DNA from: Oikopleura dioica
Taxonomy: Eukaryota; Animalia; Chordata
Direction: 5' to 3'
Assembly: GCA_907165135.1 (NCBI GenBank)
Contig: OU015567.1
Coordinates: 3,286,001-3,350,000, forward strand
Length of the DNA stretch: 64,000 nt
The first letter of the stretch is position 1; the number at the start of each line of letters is the position of its first letter. Made by a program: the position numbers and the translations under genes. The notes under the pieces were generated by a model, which saw only the letters and a list, made by a program, of their open reading frames with translations, ran no database searches and was not told where the DNA came from. Of this stretch, positions 60,139 through 64,000 are shown piece after piece.

Positions 60139-62165
60139 AAATCCGTATCACCGTGAAAATGACTCGTTTATAACTTGCAAAAACGTTTGAGTAACGCCTG
60201 TCAAACACGAATTCACCTGCCTTATCATTCTAGCGCAGAGTTGCATCGCTCACCTGGACCAGTGTCGTTTACAGATGATTAGGAATTCCCCCTCAAAGAA
60301 TTGCACCTTCAAAATTGCATCATGATTTTTGCAGCGTCATCAGTTTTTTGCTTTGTCCTAAATTTTCTCTTCCCTCGTCGATATCCGCGGCATCCGCCCT
60401 TTTCTGTATTTTAAAAACTCCGCGTTCAAACTTTCCCATCCGAAAATGATCGGAAACGAACGTGCCTGAAAACGAGGAAAACTGACAATTTCGCTGTTTT
60501 TAATCTCGCGAGTTCATCTCAATCCTTTTTGGTCTAAAAGAAATATGAAGTAATACTGGCGTAGATTAACCTTCTCTGACCAGCGTAATCTGAGTTCGCT
60601 CCACGTGATGCGCCATCTGCTCGGATAGGAAAGTACTAATGCGAATCTAAGCCCGGGGTTTTGATACTTTTCAGCCAGCTTTGGAGGGATCAAATTGTTG
60701 CTTTCCACGTTGACTCCTTTCCGAACGAAAAAATAGCTGCGTAGTAGCATTCACGATGAATTAACCCGTGCTCGCGATAAGGCCCTCGTTGGGCCATTCT
60801 GAACAAGATCAGTTTTTGTTTGCATTTTGTTACGCGAAGCACCTTCTGTGAGTGCGGAAATGCGGCACGGGAGTAAGACGAACGCGTCAAAATTGGATCA
60901 ACGAACATGCGAAATATTCACGAGACGCAAAATTGGAAGGATAAGGCCGCCTCGTTTCTGTATATCTTTGGAACTGTGAACTTGGCGCGGGGAAACCTGG
61001 AGCATTGTGGTAGCCGGAAGAAATCAGAAAAGAAGAAAATACGTAAGGAAGCGTTCAAAACGAGAAAGGTCTTGCGGCGAGAACAAAGGAGAATTAATAG
61101 TTGAAAAGGTTTTGCGGACACGAATTGCGCTCCACTTGCGGCAGGGAAAAAAGGTTGAAAAAAAGGAACTTGGATACTTTTTATTGATCAATAAAAATGG
61201 CTTTTCACCAAAAAAAGATTGTTCGTCAGAAAACAATTTTTTTTGTATCTTATCTTCTAGATAAAAATGGGAAAACGAAAGCCAAAAATGTTTGTTTATA
61301 GCTTCTGTGCACGTTCCATCGCGGTCGACTGAAATTATCTTTCTATGACTCGGCTCTCTTTCGGAGGCTCTTCGATGCGGTTGACTATCGCGGTTCTATG
61401 TTAATTTTCTTAGACACTGATATTCCATCAGTTTTTGCTCTCTTGTTGAATAACTTGAAAAATTGAGCAGTTGGTCGATCGTGGAAATGAGTCATAAGCA
61501 GGAAGGAGCACCGCAACAAACCTTGAAAAGTTGCGAATGCTAAACTCTCACTGCTATAAACTCCCTTTCCGGTGGCTTTACAAAACGCGTCGAATGTAAG
61601 AATTGATCTCGGGCAGTTGGGCAAGCCTCTGACTGGTGGTTTTCTGACAATCAGGGGCTATAGATACTGCCAAAGAAGAATTCTTAAGCTTTTTTCTCTG
61701 GCCGAAAACTGAAAATGATCGAAATTGAAAAACAATCGCTGTAGTCGACCCGCCTCTAGAAATTCCTTTTAGAAAACTTTCTTTTCCGACTGACAGATAG
61801 TGAGAGCACTTTGACTGACATAACATCGAGCTCTAGAGAAGATTTTTGATAAGAGTTGTTGTTGATTTCTTATTTGGGAAAATAAGTGGCGCTTTGATGA
61901 TTATTTTTCCTCCAGTTTTTCTAATAACGTGCGGTTAGAAATTTTACTGATAAGAAAATGCACTTTTCAACATGGAAATTTTTCTATTTTGGAGACGAAA
62001 GTAAATAATCCTACGGTCAGGGGGACTAGGGGAGGAACTTGTTTGCTGATAGTACCAATCGACTATTGACCGTGTTTATCAAATCTCTGTGTCAACAGGA
62101 TTGTAATTTTGGCAGGAGAGGTGATCGGTTAGTTAGTGACAGAAACTTAGAGACTGTTCATTGAA

Positions 62166-62889
62166 ATGGTAAGTTATAGAGTTTCGAAAAAATTGTTCAT
62201 TAATTATTAAAGTCGGACGAAGAACCAGAACCTATAGAAATTCCAAAGGGCGATGACGATGGACGAGAACTTGGTACTTTTGGAAAAATCAAAGTCGCGC
62301 AAAGAATCAGAGATAATTCTCAATCACGACGTGAGGAGCGCCAGAATCAGCCTCCACCTCCTCAATACCCTCCTCCTCAGCAATATCCTCCACCAGCGCA
62401 GCCTATTCAGTATCCACCTGGTCAATATCCGCCTCAAGGTCAATATCCTGAGCAGATTGTGGTCCAGCCTCAGCCAACAATGGTTCAACCCCAGCCAGGA
62501 GTAGTAACAGCTCAGCCTGTTGGTTTTGCTCAAGGAGCTTGGGTTCGACCAGACCTTTGTGGTCTTGCATGTGATCCGACAACTTGGTATGCTTCATGGT
62601 AAGAAACAGATTTCAAATCAAGGATATCTAAATTGATCAAAGTTGCCCGTGTTGTGCTCGAGGAGAACAAGCAGAATTGATGGGCGAAAGCTACTTGTCC
62701 GCGTTTTTGATTCGGTGGTGCTTTTTCTGTGCTTCGACATGCACTCTTCATGGAGAGCGTAATAGACTTCGAACACGATATAACATCCCAGCTACCGATG
62801 GATTCTGCACGGTCTACTGGTGCGAATCATGTGTTGTTTCACAGCAGTTGCATCAACTGAGAACTGTACCAATCAAACCACTTTATTGA
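62166..62889 (+). CDS. PLAC8/cornifelin-family protein A with a Pro/Gln/Tyr-rich N-terminus
   Basis: ATG-only first exon; GAWVRPDLCG..W|CPCCARGE..ERNRLRTRYNIP..DGFC..WCESCVVSQ. Confidence 0.85.
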
Positions 62890-63164
62890 TGCGAGTTATT
62901 ATGAATTTCAATAGAGAAAATATTTGATACTGAATATTTGTGAACATTTTTTCCGCACAAATGTCATCGCAACAGAACTAAATAATTCCTACGCAGCTAT
63001 CAATGTTCCTAAAGAATTTGGTTCTTGTCAGTAGCTCCGTCTATCTTGAAATCTGTCATGATACAAAATCGTAAACAAATAAAACCCTGTGAAAACAATT
63101 GAAATTTTTGATAAAATCCAGACTTTTCTTGCATAGAATCAGTTTTGTTTTTCAAAAAGTGAAA

Positions 63165-63799
63165 ATGGTAAGATTTAAGGAGAGAATTAAAATTAAAATT
63201 TTGAAAGAGTGATACTGAAGATACTGAAACCTCCAGCTCTAGTTCCAGTTCAAGTGAGTCCGATTCTAATTCCAGCGGAGACGAAGACGAGCGAGCAAAG
63301 AAGCTCAGAAGAATCGCGTTGGCAAAACGACGAGCTGAAAAACGAAAGAAGAAACAGGAAGCTGATCAAGGTGCTGTTGTTAATTCTGATGCACAGGTTA
63401 TTACCACCCAACCTGTTGTCTTCACTCAGGGCGCTTGGGTTCGACCGGATCTTTGTGGACTTTGCTTTGATAGTCTTATGTGCTACGCTTGCTGGTATTT
63501 GTTGAGGTTGTAACACTGCGAACACCTATTTAAGGTGTACCCCTTGTGCTCGCGCAGAAGTTGCTGAAATGATGGGCGGAAGCTACGCCGGAGCATTTCT
63601 CTTTTGCATGTTTTTCCCTTGTTTTGCTTTTTGCACTCTTTGTAGCGAGCGAGACCGAATTCGTATGAGATTCAACATCCCGAAGACTGATGGCTGCTGT
63701 ACCGTTATGTGCTGCAACACCTGCGTCATGGCTCAACACATGTACCAACTTCGAGCGGTGCGGGTCGTCCCGCAATATCCACCAGCATTTTATTACTAA
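63165..63799 (+). CDS. PLAC8/cornifelin-family protein B with a Ser/acidic and basic N-terminus
   Basis: ATG-only first exon; GAWVRPDLCG..W|CTPCARAE..ERDRIRMRFNIP..DGCC..CCNTCVMAQ. Confidence 0.85.
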
Positions 63800-64000
63800 T
63801 AAATAGGCATTTGATTCTCCTGGAACCGGAAGATTGAAATTTTTGCCCTCGAAATTGAGCAATTTTAATTCCGACTCCCTAATTGAGCTGAGAATTGACG
63901 ACAAATAATCGTCTACTTAGAAATCAATTGAGAAATTCGCCGAGTGAACGTGAGCTAACCCAGTGTCATCGGACAATCACCCTACTTTGCAACAGATACA

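Noticed and set aside
60225-60290. Possible alternative serpin RCL exon (CATTCTAG|C GCA GAG...PVSFTDD-stop)
   Set aside because: It stops before strands s4B/s5B, so it could not complete a serpin fold. The acceptor similarity may be chance.
60450-61830. Multiple 65-85 aa ORFs
   Set aside because: These are probably exons of one or two minus-strand genes, but I could not support a consistent splice path or domain.
1-64000. rRNA, tRNA, spliced-leader RNA genes, autonomous transposase or reverse transcriptase, prokaryotic defence systems
   Set aside because: None was recognised by eye. The intron-rich structure excludes a bacterial origin. A covariance-model scan would be needed to exclude small RNAs.

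Overview
This is a gene-dense eukaryotic window, not a prokaryotic one. It is AT-rich, with about 30 mostly multi-exon genes broken by very short introns (mostly 40-70 nt, GT-AG plus a few apparently non-canonical GC/GA/GG-AG). This compactness and the gene content (ZP, PLA2-like, small secreted proteins) point to the appendicularian tunicate Oikopleura dioica or a close relative; the species assignment is an inference. Recognisable genes are ACMSD (with an apparent +1 homopolymer frameshift), a FAD-dependent monooxygenase, a serpin (predicted P1 Arg), a rhodopsin-type GPCR, an Ig-domain type-I membrane protein, a ZP-domain protein, a C-type lectin, a discoidin domain, a Lys49-type PLA2-like protein and three PLAC8/cornifelin genes. 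The most unusual items are: (1) a protein kinase fused in frame to a papain-like domain with papain-exact Q/C and H/N spacing (11.4-15.1 kb); (2) a tandem pair of neuropeptide-like precursors sharing HLFxDYFG (2.5-3.3 kb); (3) a POU-specific domain with no homeodomain (23.6-24.7 kb); (4) a tandem duplication (26.9-36.3 kb) carrying two protein-identical secreted EF-hand genes, a pseudogene paralog whose deleted segment is replaced by CCCTAA telomere-like repeats, and hAT and Tc1-type MITEs with clear TSDs, one hAT nested in another; (5) a GPI-type FG-GAP propeller protein with two Link/lectin-like modules. All exon structures were spliced by hand from the sequence; no database searches were possible.
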